NCBI GenBank assembly: GCA_951406725.2
Contig: OX597817.1
Span: 30,938,001 to 31,002,000 of the forward strand
Direction: 5' to 3'
Length of the DNA stretch: 64,000 bases
From: Octopus vulgaris
Lineage: Eukaryota
A program made the position numbers and the translations under genes. The notes beneath the pieces are model-generated. The model was given only the letters and a program-made list of their open reading frames with translations. It was not told the DNA's origin and did no database searches. Shown here one piece after another: positions 52,301 through 64,000 of this stretch; positions within the stretch are counted from its first letter, which is position 1; every line of letters starts with the position of its first letter.

Positions 52301-52453
52301 CGCCTTCGCCTTCGCCTAGCAGATGAGGTCTTAAGGAGCAAACTCGGTAAAACTCAACATACATACTTGCATGCAAACATGTATATCTATACGTAAATAT
52401 ATATACATAAATATATGTATGTATGTATGTATATATGTATGTATGTATATATA

Positions 52454-52860
52454 CTCTCTTTTACTCCTTTACTTGTTTCAGTCATTTGACTGCGGCCATG
52501 CTGGAGCACCGCCTTTAGTCGAACAACTCGACCCCGGGACTTATTCTTTTGTAAGCCCAGTACTTATTCTATCGGTCTCTTTTGCCGAACCGCTAAGTGA
52601 CGGGGACGTAAACACACCAACATCGGTTGTCAAGCAATGCTAGGGGAACAAACACAGACACACAAACACACACACACATATATATATATACATATATACG
52701 ACAGGCTTCTTTCAGTTTCCGTTTACCAAATCCACTCACAAGGTATTGGTCGGCCCGAGGCTATAGCAGAAGACATTTGCCTAAGGTGCCACGCAGTGAG
52801 ACTGAACCCGGAACCATGTGGTTGGTTAGCAAGCTACTTACCACACAGCCACTCCTGCGC
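52454..52860 (-). mobile_element. SINE family B, full length
   Basis: Reverse complement of 8925-9345. Confidence 0.9.
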
Positions 52861-53171
52861 CTATGTATGTATGTATGTATGTATGTATGTATGTATGTAT
52901 GTATGTATGTATGTATGTATGTATGTATGTATGTATGTATATATGTATGCATGTATGTATGTATGCATGCATCCATGCATGTATGTATGAATGCATGTAT
53001 GTACGTATGTGTGTCTGAATGTTTACCCAATTTGTCCTTTAAGCTCGCATCTTCTAGCTCCAACTCAATTCAGTAGTCAAATACCCGTTCTTATTGTCTA
53101 TAGCATTATTCTCTGATCCTCGATTACTTTGTACTATCGCTCAGCTCAACAACTACTCAGTCCACGTGTTT

Positions 53172-53219
<48 letters not shown>

Positions 53220-53865
53220 CTATTTCTCTCTCTCTCTCTCTCTCTTTCTGTCTTACTAGCAAGTGTGTAACTACGATTACTTTCTCTCTCTTTCTCTTTT
53301 TCCCTCCGTCTCTCTCTCTCTCTCTCTCTCTCTTCCCCATCTCTCACTCTCCCTCTCTTTCGCTCCTGATCATCTTTTGCCATCACTTTCTCTTCTATTC
53401 GCCTTCTTGGTCACTTTGTTCTGAATAACTAGATACAATGTAGAACAGTGACAACTACTTAGCCATGAAGAGAAACAGTAACCTCCCTAATGTTGAAATC
53501 ATGATACAATTCGCCCAGCACACTCCGCAGAGTTATTGAAGAATGCAGGATCAGGAGGACCCCATGTCTTGACACAATGACACCTTTCTGGTACTGTTGT
53601 TAGGAAGGTCTTCCAACCATAGAATTCATGCTACAAATACAAAGTAAAAGCGTGACGTAGTTATCCGACTCATCTGAGAAGGTAGTAATGCTGATTAAGA
53701 TAGGACTACAACAGTGACACTTGCTCAATCCATGCAAGCATGGAAAGTGAAAGTAAATGATAATGAAAAACTCTCTCGTCGAGGACGATGTATGATTATT
53801 CAGCTGTTGCCGAACGAACTGCACAACTGATTTGTTTATAGAGATTAAATGTATGTGCTGTACAT

Positions 53866-54063
53866 TAGCTCACTCTCTCCGTCAAATCAACATTCTCTGA
53901 ACAAGTGCGCAGTGTGCCACACGTCGAGCATCGAAGTGATCGCAGAGCAACGTGATATGAAGTGTTTTGCTCAAGAATGCAACGCACCACCCGGTCTAGG
54001 AATTGAAACCACGATCTTGCGATCATGAATGCAACTCCCTTACCGCTAAGCCATGCGTTCTCA
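53866..54063 (-). mobile_element. tRNA-derived SINE with family A-related head and a third tail type
   Basis: Minus strand GCATGGCTTAGCGGTAAGG...GGTTTCAATTCC...TTCTTGAGCAAAACACTT. Confidence 0.7.
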
Positions 54064-54091
54064 TAATAACGATAACGTGTATGTGTGTGTG

Positions 54092-54127
<36 letters not shown>

Positions 54128-54325
54128 CGTGTGTGTGTGTGTGTGTGTTATTTGCGTGCATTTATGTATGTATATATATATAACGACCTCAAACTCACAA
54201 GAGTAAACAAGAGAGACAGAGACGGGCAGAAACAAGGAAAATGCCCCTTGTATTTGAACACTATGCAAATATTCTTTTAAAAAACTTTTCTTTTAATTTT
54301 TCCAAAATTTAATTGTCTTCCATAC

Positions 54326-54367
54326 TTACAGTTGAAAAAGTCTGCGTGACTGAAACCAGTACTGAAA
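54326..54367 (+). ncRNA. Degenerate hammerhead motif
   Basis: CAG-TTGAAAA-AGTC(TGCGT)GACT-GAAA-CCAG-TA-CTG; helices intact, two core substitutions. Confidence 0.45.
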
Positions 54368-55759
54368 TGTTTTTTATAAAATTATTTTAGCATTTTCTGT
54401 CTTGACTTTTTACCATATATATATATATATATATAACAATAACGATGGTTATGATACCTGATCAGTCTACTACATCTCACATATCGTTATCATTTTGTGA
54501 TAAAGGATGGCGACCACTGCTAGTGAATATTTGTTCATGTGTCTGTTGAATCAAATATGACCAGGAGCTAAGCAACAACTTCAAGAAGAACAAGAGCAAA
54601 CCCCATAACATCAATTTGACAAATGTTTAAAGAATGAAAACCTATAAGTAACAATATGCAGTATAACTTCTCTTAAATGAAGACACTCTGCTATGTAAAC
54701 GTTGTAAATCTTCAATCTCGGTTAAATAAGAATATAAACAAATCTGCCCATATTATCGATGTGCTGAAAAAGAAAAATAGACGGAGTGTTCTGGTGAACG
54801 AGTTAGCTCTTAGTTGACCACTTCTCAGAGAAGACAAACCCGGAATCCTTTCCCAATTAATAAAATAGATCAGCTGTTTAAAAAATAGGCATGAATTAGG
54901 TCAGTACCAAGGTGAATAACCTAATCTATACATTTGTACTTTGCCAACTTGTTAATTAAACAATATCCGTTAAACATAGTGCAGCGCAAACCAGAAGTGA
55001 AATAAATTCAAATATTATACATCCACACTGTGGGCAAAAACGAAAGTAAATATTCGGCTATTCATTTCCTACTTCTATCAGAACATTTCGTAACACCAAG
55101 GCATATACGTGTATCAGTGTGTGAATATACGTATGGCTGTGTGTGCGAGAGTATGCATGATGTACGACTGTATGTGTATATGGGCTTCTGCATGTAAAAA
55201 TTTTAATATATCGACGTCTTATTTTTTTACTTGAGAATGAATGTCCCTAAAGCAACCAGACTCATAACTTGGTAACGAAAATATAGTCAATCACAACAAA
55301 TTTACAACATTTTTAACCAATGCAAAGCAAGCGTCATAGCAACACTGAGAGAATAATGATACATCTTACTGACAATAATAATAACACCGACAATCGTAGC
55401 AACAGCAACAAAATATAATCTCTTTAGTTTGTTTTTTATTCTTGTAGTTTTCAGTAAAAATTTCCACAAAACTTATGATTGTTCCAAATTAAAAGCATGC
55501 CAGTAGGTCTGTCACAAAATTGAATTTTGAAATTGAATTTTAAAGTATTCGGTCTATTCATATAATACTTCAGCTTTCTCCTATTAAATTTACTGCATTA
55601 AAAAATCGAAATTTATAAAACACAAGTGGGTTTTTTTTTTCATTAAGGAAAGAAAATCGGTGTAAATATTTACATGAAGACCGTTAAAAATATTCAGCAT
55701 TCGAGTATTTTTGTTATACTAGAGCTGAGAGAAATTCAGCTTTTTAAAGTGAAAAATTT

Positions 55760-55795
<36 letters not shown>

Positions 55796-55949
55796 TGTCT
55801 TCGACATCGTCGTTATCATTATCGTTATCATCACTCCCATCACAGCTATCAATATTGCCATTAACTTCATAATCACACCAACATCATTATCAACATATTT
55901 TTCACTGTCATCACTATCGCTATCATATTTTTGTATTGGCGTCAATCGT

Positions 55950-55950
55950 A

Positions 55951-56045
<95 letters not shown>

Positions 56046-56140
56046 ATTATTATTATTATTATCGTTATCGTTGTTGTTGTTGTTGCTGTTGTTATTGCTG
56101 TTGTTGTTGTTAGTGTCGTTGCTGTTATTATTATTATTAT
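55950..56140. repeat. (ATT)n/(GTT)n microsatellite
   Basis: Direct reading; similar blocks at 56554-56736 and 57301-57400. Confidence 0.95.
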
Positions 56141-56553
56141 TGAATGAGAGAGCAGAGCATGCCATCAAAGTGACACTGGGGTAAAAATATATGAAGCCCA
56201 GTATTCCCATCATGACTACCAGTCTAATAAGGGTACACGAGGCACAACCATATGTGCGTGACATGGTGATCTCATATCAAGATAAACAGCATATGACATT
56301 GCAGGTGGGACCCAGTTAGAATTTTCGTCAGGTCGAGTAGCCCATCCCGCTCAAAAGGTCCCTGAATAAAGGTTGTTTAAGAATGTTGAACGAAACATCC
56401 ATGTTTCCAGAGGTGAATTATTCAAATCCCAAAGAATCCTTCTCAACACTTGGCTATGATGCTCCCCCACTACTTCTGCTCGTGATCAGAGATGCACATA
56501 TCGTCAGCCACTGAGGGACATGTTAAGGTCAAACAACTGACAAGCAAATCCGT
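56141..56553 (-). mobile_element. Non-coding element inserted in (TAA)n, truncated copy
   Basis: Paralogue of 56737-57167; flanked by (ATT)n on both sides. Confidence 0.75.
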
Positions 56554-56554
56554 G

Positions 56555-56653
<99 letters not shown>

Positions 56654-56696
56654 ATTGTTGTTGTTGTTGTTGTTGTTGTTATTATTATCATCATCA

Positions 56697-56736
<40 letters not shown>

Positions 56737-56737
<1 letters not shown>

Positions 56738-57299
56738 GAGTGAGAGAGCAGTGCATGCCATCAAAGTGACACTGGGGTAAAATATACGAAGCCCAATATA
56801 CCCATCATGACTACCCGTCTGATAAAGGTACACCAGGCACATGCATCACAACCATATGTGTGCGACATGGTGATCTCATATCAAGATAAATTGCACATGA
56901 CCTTGCAGGTAGGCCCAGTTAGAATTTTCTTCAGGTTGAGTAGCCCATCCAGCTCAACAGGTCCCTGAATAAGGGTTGTTTAAGGATGTTGAAAGAACCA
57001 CCCATGTCTCCAGAGTTGAATTATTCAAACCCCAAAGAATCCCTCTCAACACATGGCTATGATGCTCCCCCAACTACTTCTGCTCTTGATCAGAGATGCA
57101 CATATCGTCAGCCACCAAGGGACATGCTCAACTGGTTAAGGTCAAACAACTGACAAGCAAATCTGTGGTATTGAGCAGAATATTTGCTGTAGCCCATCTT
57201 TTATACCAAGACAAAACAATGTACATGATAACACTTCCAATCAGTTAAGATCAGAAGCCATGAGAGCCACTGCCTGGTACTGCATTACTGCATCAGGGC

Positions 57300-57300
<1 letters not shown>
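56737..57300 (-). mobile_element. Non-coding element inserted in (TAA)n, longer copy
   Basis: Shares its left end with the 56141 copy and extends ~135 bp further; flanked by (ATT)n. Confidence 0.75.
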
Positions 57301-57383
<83 letters not shown>

Positions 57384-57829
57384 TATTAATGTTATTATTG
57401 GCTGTGGTAACGGTGTTGCTATAAACATCATTACCTTCACCATCATCTTTGTTATGAATGTCGTATCATCATTGTTATCAGAATCATTAACCATTGTTAA
57501 CACAATTATCCTTATAATCATTAACAGCTTTTTTCATATTATCAAAACTGTAAATATTGCCGTTGTAATAAATTCTTGCACCAGCAACTTTTCTATAATC
57601 TTTATTGATCTAATCAAATCTTTACATTTTAAGGATACAGTAGCCTACTCTTCCTTACATTTGTCAACATTTTTCCTCACAGCAATCCAATGATTACAAC
57701 ATTATCTATTGAATAAAATATTATGTTTTTAGTCAATACATACACACCAACACAGAAACACACCATACGCATATATAAATATGCGTGTGTGTGTGTGTCT
57801 GTGTATACATATAGACACACACATATATA

Positions 57830-59016
57830 TAGTTGAAATTTACAGAAAACAAAAGACGAAGACAGGTGTATAAGCAACAAGCAGGTGCATTAGTTTGACG
57901 TTCGGTAAGGTGAGAAAGTGTTTGACGTTTCGAACCTACGCTCTTCAACAGAAAGGCACACGAAGAAATAAACAGAGATAGAATAAAAAAAACTTGTGCA
58001 TTTAGCGATCAAATAAGCGAATAATAAAATTAACAGACAAGAGGAAGTACACAAGGAATGTATTAACTTGATGCTCCGTAAAAAGAGAGAGTTTGACGTT
58101 TCGAGGGTCTCCGTAGTTTATTAACTGCGTTATTTCTTTCTCTGTTGTGAGTTTCGACTTTGTTAGGACTCTTGAGATTTGGTGGTTTTCACCTGTTGAC
58201 AATTTGAGATCTTTTAATGTTTTGTCGGAGTTTCGATCATTCATGTAGAATTAGAAAGTATTGTTTGGCCGAATATTGGATGTTATAGTTCCTAGGATTA
58301 TGGGTGACTACAAATTAAATATTTTTATTTATAATTTTGTTTTCACCTTCAGGGTGGGTGTTTCTTCCAACAATTTATTTATTAGATCCTTTTAGAGTAT
58401 TTCTATTTGTGAAGGAAGATATTTAGTTTTACCTGTCATTTCTGTCATCTTTTTGTATCTGTAGTTATTGAGTATACACGTCTTACTATATATACTTTTT
58501 GTGTGGAAGAGTGGCAAGATCTAAAATCTAAATATAGATGTGTATCTGTGTTCATGCAGTAGAAATCGGTTGTAACAGTTTTATTTTCTTTAATTATTAG
58601 TCCAGAAAATTATTAGAAAGTTCCAAATACGAAGCATTTATACGAGAATGTTTCCAGTTCTCTATCAAATACCATTGGAAATGTTGATCATACGTAATTC
58701 TAGAAAGAATATAGATTTTTCTTCCAGGTATTGCATTATTACTGTTACAAACTTCGGAGTTGCTTCCGTTCGCACTGCCGCGCCTTGTATTTGTGGGTAA
58801 TATGTGTTATCGAAAACTTAGTTGTTTTGCAACGATGTTGCAGAGAGAATAGATAAAAAGCGATCCTTGTTAGTTTTAACGTAACCAATCTCTACACAAA
58901 TATCCTTCATGAATAAGGATTAGAAACAATAGAATTCTGGATATGCAAATACCCACACAGAATTCAGGAGAGATTTCCTAAAGAGATTTTATTTGAAAGA
59001 TTGCGGTTGGTTCTGT
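57830..59016 (-). mobile_element. Decayed Penelope-like element with inverted 5' segment
   Basis: Minus strand: LQNN..DNTYYPQIQGAA...MQYLEE and TDTHLYLDFRSCH. Plus strand 58860-59016: ILVSFNVTNLYTNI...LRLVL. Hammerhead in the 3' repeat. Confidence 0.8.
57919..57955 (-). ncRNA. Hammerhead variant (CUGUUGA core)
   Basis: TTT-CTGTTGA-A-GAGC(GTAG)GTTC-GAAA-CG-TC-AAA; second half-motif GAAACGTCAAAC near 58090-58103. Confidence 0.55.
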
Positions 59017-61198
59017 ATATTTGTACAGTCAAATGAATTTTATCTCTGATATAAAGCAGTGGTTAGATATAATGCTGTTCAGGTTGACTAGCTTTTCATC
59101 ACAACCAAATTTCGAAAATACAAATGCAGATGAGTCATTTAACTGTACTCAGTACCCATGGTTAATTACAAATGAAAATTACCTTATCAATTCCGAATTG
59201 TTATTCATGTTTCCAGGGTCATGGTGCAACAATAATATAGCAATGAAACAAATTTGAATCAAGGTTTTAAATATTACTTCGCTTACATTTCACAGCACCA
59301 CACCTTCATGGTTTAATTTTTAAAAAAGTTTTATTCTTAAACATTATTATCTTTCAGCTCTCCTATATTTAAGACTTCAGTTCAATTTCCAAGAACTTGT
59401 GAGATCTATTTTAGCTTCAATGTATTCACTGTGAATTGGAAGATTCCTCAATCTAACAAGCAACATACAAAAATCAATCTCTTAGGAATTGTCTTGATTT
59501 CTGAAACAATTCTTTGTTTTCAAGACATATTGATGTCCATGTGTAGGTGTATAGCTTCGGAAACATTGATAAAGAATGGGAAAGTTATAGAAAGAGATAG
59601 AAAACTTGAAAAGTAGATTGTGAGGAAAATAAGATTAATTGATGAGGGGAAACAGTTGATGGGGAGCAAAAAGAAGAATTGTATATGTGTATGTGTGTGT
59701 GTGTGTCTGTGTCTGTGTCGGTCTGTGAGTGTGTGTGTGTATCTGTGTCTGCGCCTGTGTTTCTGTGTGTGTGTGTGTGTGTACATTTACATATATGTGC
59801 GTGTGTTCATTATTAAGATGGATAGATATACATATTTCTGTATATATGTATGTATGTGGATACACGTACATATATTTCAAGGAGATGTAGATAGACTGAC
59901 TATGCGTCAACAGATTACATAGTTAGGCAGGCAGATAAATAAATATAAATACATAGATTAATTGATTGATAAGTATATAGACAGCTACGTAACGAAATTA
60001 CATCTGCATATATAAAAACTACCTTATCATGCAGCTTGCTTCTTAAGAATCTAATATTGCAATTTATTGAATGTTAGTAAGAAAGAAGTCAATACTGTAG
60101 ATTTTACCAACCATTTCTGCCTTACGGCAGAATGTAAAGTTTGCTTTTGCCTATTTCTATTCAATAATACCAAAGTGGACTTTGCGCAAATATCAATATA
60201 TATCTCGGGAATAACGAAACTGATAAAAATAAATTTCTCAGTGTAATTTTATACTTGATTTGTTCACTTGAGACACATATCCTTTGTTTTGTCCATAGCG
60301 TGTACCGTTTTGAAATCCCTCGACTCCAAAACAGAGAGAAAGGGGAGACGGAGAGCAATAGAATAGAAGAGAGAAAGAATATGTATAAAATAGAAATAAG
60401 TTATAAAAGTGATTTTTAAGCATAAAATGAAATTATTTAAACAACTTGAAAATATTTAAATTAAATGAACGGTAATACAAGCCAAAGTATTGCTTGCTGT
60501 TCTAGGCTCTGATCAAAGATACTTATGATCAAAATCATTCAGAATGTAACCATTCCTTCTTTTTCTGATGTAAAGTGAAATTAGATTACGTTATTGTGTC
60601 CTTATTTTTCAGTCATTGGGATGTAATTTGAGCGATTTGGGAGCTATTTTTCTCAGGTTAATCAAGAGCTCAGAAATCCCCTCGTTGCTGCGAGACCTCT
60701 TGCTTTGCTTGTAATTTCGCGATCTTTGTGTTCAAAAGATATGAGATATACCTTGGAGTGGTTCACTGATGTATTGTATTGGTATTCTTTAAGGAAACGT
60801 TCCTTGAAAAATGAAACGAATATATAAATTTGTATTCATCGGTAGTAATTTGTCTTTCTTAATTATTTGAATTCTTTCGCTAAGAATAGAACTTGCTTCC
60901 ATAAAAGAAACAAAGTTCTACTGATCAAATTAAGTTAACAACAAGGATGAAGGGATATGTAGAAAAGTCGTGTACACTTTTATTCTTCCATTTACAGACT
61001 GTATTTGCAAAGTCTTGTGAGTCTCTTCCTTTCCATCAAATTTTAACAATTAGACATTCAGTAACATAAGCAAGAGCAGCAATAATTATGGGTACAAATG
61101 TAAATTTAACTCCTATATGCAGAGGAAATGTAAGTACTTGTTTCCCTTTCTCGGTGATGTTGAAAGAATTTCACATTAGCAGGGTAGCTGATTTTATA

Positions 61199-61620
61199 CG
61201 TGGTTTGATGAATAAGTAACTGGGCTGTTGCCATAGTAACGAAGTTAAAGCACGCGGAGTGAATCCACTTGGCGCAGATTGATATTGAACTCTGCTGTTC
61301 AAGAGGCCGATGCAAACTTGCAGAAAGTGTCTGGAGAGGATTGTATGAACCGCACACAAGTGTAGAATGGGTCAGACGTTCCAGCAAGGCGGAAAAATTG
61401 TCGATAGTGACGAACATTCTGGGAGACCTGCGACCAGCAGAACTGAGATATACGTGCAGATATACGTGCAGCTGTGATGAGAAGGCCTCGAGTTGCCATC
61501 CGTGAGTTATCAGAGGATGTGCGGATTAGTTACGGTTCAGTTCAGTCCATTATCACTGAAGATTTGGGTATAAGACGCATGTCTGCCAAGTTTGTGCCAA
61601 AACTGCTTTCAGCTGACCAT
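61199..61620 (+). mobile_element. mariner fragment (left TIR plus HTH region)
   Basis: TA-CGTGGTTTGATGAATAAGT; SGRPATSRTE, IITEDLGIRRMSAKFVPKLLS. Confidence 0.85.
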
Positions 61621-61771
61621 TTGTTTCAGAGAGCACAGCTTTACAAATGAGTGGTTCGCAACATTGCCACACTTCCTTCTCTTTATCTGATCCTTCATTA
61701 ATCACCGCCTAATTGGACTCACAATAAACCTAGTTGAATTTATTTAAACGGGCTATGTCGAAAAACCTATA

Positions 61772-61987
61772 CTAGGGTGCGCTGAAAAGTTGCTGGCTTT
61801 GAGGGTATCATGAAAGGCTAAGTTGGAGGCCTAAACTTCCGAGTTCTTTTACGGGGCTTAGAAAAATGGAAGAACCGTTGCAATAAGTATATGAATCTTA
61901 GATGGAAATATGTTGAACAAAATCATAATTAATTGATCCTCCTGTATTTTCTTTTACCCAAATCCAGGCACTTTTCAGTACCCCACG
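61772..61987 (+). mobile_element. mariner-derived MITE
   Basis: TA flanks; TIR GCTGAAAAGTTGCTGGCTTT / AAATCCAGGCACTTTTCAGT; residual LEKWKNRCNK...YVE. Confidence 0.75.
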
Positions 61988-62062
61988 TATATATAATATA
62001 AAATCAAAAGGTTTGTTGTTTTCTACATGTGTCTGTGTGTGTATATATGTGTGTGCGTGGGT

Positions 62063-62144
<82 letters not shown>

Positions 62145-62716
62145 GTATTACTTTTAGAGTTTAAAATATTGTGCGAGTTATTCAGAACCCTCAAGTTTCT
62201 TGTTAATTATTTTTCGAAAATATTACGCAACAAACTAAGACCAACTTTGAAACTCCTATAGAATGTTCAGCTCCACAACTAATAAAATTATCCTGAGGTG
62301 TAAATATTGCATGACAAAACTCAATTTAAATCAGTTTTTAGTTCATTAAAATCTACATTGGAATCTACTGGGTGACTGAAGAGATAGTCGTTTACAAATA
62401 TATTTGTAGCAGTACTAACAGGAAGTGGTTCAATTCATGTTTCTGTGTTCGATTAAGTAAATAGTAGGTAATGGTGTCGATGTAATCAACTAACTCCATT
62501 TCTACATCTGACCCTGTGCCTATGTGAGAAATTATTTGTAATAAAGTATTACTTTGCTAAAGTATTAATCATCCACGCAAATAAAAAAAAACTAATAAAA
62601 TCTACAAACGTACAATAGTGGAACAATTTTTCGAAATTTCATTCTTCTAAGTGCAATGATATAAACCAAAATATTCACATTTGACCATACTTTTCAATAG
62701 GGAGTTTAATGAAAGT

Positions 62717-63107
62717 GTGGAGGCGCAATGGCCCAGTGGTTAGGGCAGCGGACTCGCGGTCATAGGATCGCGGTTTCGATTCCCAGACCGGGCGTTGTGA
62801 ATGTTTATTGAGCGAAAACACCTAAAGCTCCACGAGGCTCCGGCAGGGGTTGGTGGTGATCCCTGCTGTACTCTTTCACCACAACTTTCTCTCACTCTTA
62901 CTTCCTGTTTCTGTTGTACCTGTATTTCAAAGGGCCGGCCTTGTCACTCTCTGTGTCACGCTGAATATGCCCGAGAACTACGTTAAGGGTACACGTGTCT
63001 GTGGAGTGCTCAGCCACTTACACGTTAATTTCACGAGCAGGCTGTTTCGTTGATTCGGATCAACCGGAACCCTTGTCGTCGTAACCGACGGAGTGCTTCC
63101 TCCTTCC
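62717..63107 (+). mobile_element. SINE family A, full length
   Basis: TSD TAATGAAAGT at 62707-62716 and 63108-63117. Confidence 0.92.
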
Positions 63108-63418
63108 TAATGAAAGTAGAGTAGAGTGACACAACGTCCGTCGATTTCTGTTCATGAACTTGTAGTTTTGGTTCGAGTTGCTGTGCAAATGTTCTACCAG
63201 GTGTCAGAGTAAACAACTCAAGGTAATTTTCAAGAATGTTGATAAGTTCAGTTGGCTCACTCACATAAAGCTTAACTTTAACTTTACTTTTGTTATCTTC
63301 TGATGGAGTTTAATTTTTTATTGAAGCGCTACCTTCTCGCCCACTGGGGAAAATGAATGTGAGCACATAAGAATTTGATTCCAATAGGTCAATTTCTGTG
63401 ATCATAACGTTGACCATA

Positions 63419-64000
63419 TGTGGTCTGATCAATAAGTATCCGAACTGTTACCATAGTAACGAAGCTAAAGCACATAGATTGAAGTCAAAGGCACAGAATG
63501 ACCTTAAGCTCTGCTGTGCATGCGCACTAAGTTTTAACGTTCTAGCTCTCTTCCGCTATTAACAGCAGTGCTTGGAAGGAACGTGTGTAGCGTGTGATCG
63601 ACGCATTCACAATGATAGAGTAAGTTGAGCAGAAAATCTGCATCAAGTTTTGCCAAAATTTTGGCAATACCTGCTCAGAAGCCTACGCAAAGTTTCCAAA
63701 AATATTTCATCGTTCTCGACACGATCAAAATCTTGTGCAACTGAACCCCCAGTGTCTTTTTGGTCAGCTGAAAGAAATTTTGGTACAAACTTGGCAGACA
63801 CGCGTCTCGTACCCAAATCTTCAGTAATAATGGACTGAACTGAAGCATAACTAATCTGCACATCCTTTGATAATTCACGGATGGTGATTCGCCGATTTCC
63901 CCTCACGGCTGCATGCACATTTGCGATGTTTTTCTCAGTTCTGCTTCTCGCGGGTCTCCCAGAACGTTCGTCACCATCCAGAATTTCTCCGCCTTGCTGG
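63419..64000. mobile_element. mariner element with internal inversion, runs off the window
   Basis: Plus strand: TIR and EQKICIKFC...SEAYAK. Minus strand 64000-63695: ERSGRP...RRITIRELS...RRVSAKFVPK. Confidence 0.85.

Noticed and set aside
55674-56842. Poly-I/L/N ORFs
   Set aside because: Translations of (ATT)n/(GTT)n repeats

Overview
AT-rich, microsatellite-dense eukaryotic DNA. The SINE repertoire resembles octopus (octopod cephalopod) repeats as I recall them; this was not verified by search. No complete protein-coding gene is visible, and almost all ORFs in the track are microsatellite or transposon artefacts. The window is mostly mobile-element debris: three abundant SINE families (one young, six copies with intact TSDs), RTE, CR1, Dong/R4 and Penelope-like (PLE) remnants, several with hammerhead-ribozyme cores, plus hAT, Tc1, mariner, Helitron, piggyBac-type MITE and foldback elements. 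Embedded in it is a weakly supported + strand spliced 3' gene end: a 9-nt microexon at 27171, a 111-nt hydrophobic exon at 33969 and a terminal exon at 46520. The most striking structure is a 12 x 101-bp tandem array (44240-45446). Each unit reads as branch point + 3' splice site + 51-nt exon + GTAAGT donor + 50-nt mini-intron, i.e. an apparently amplified exon cassette.
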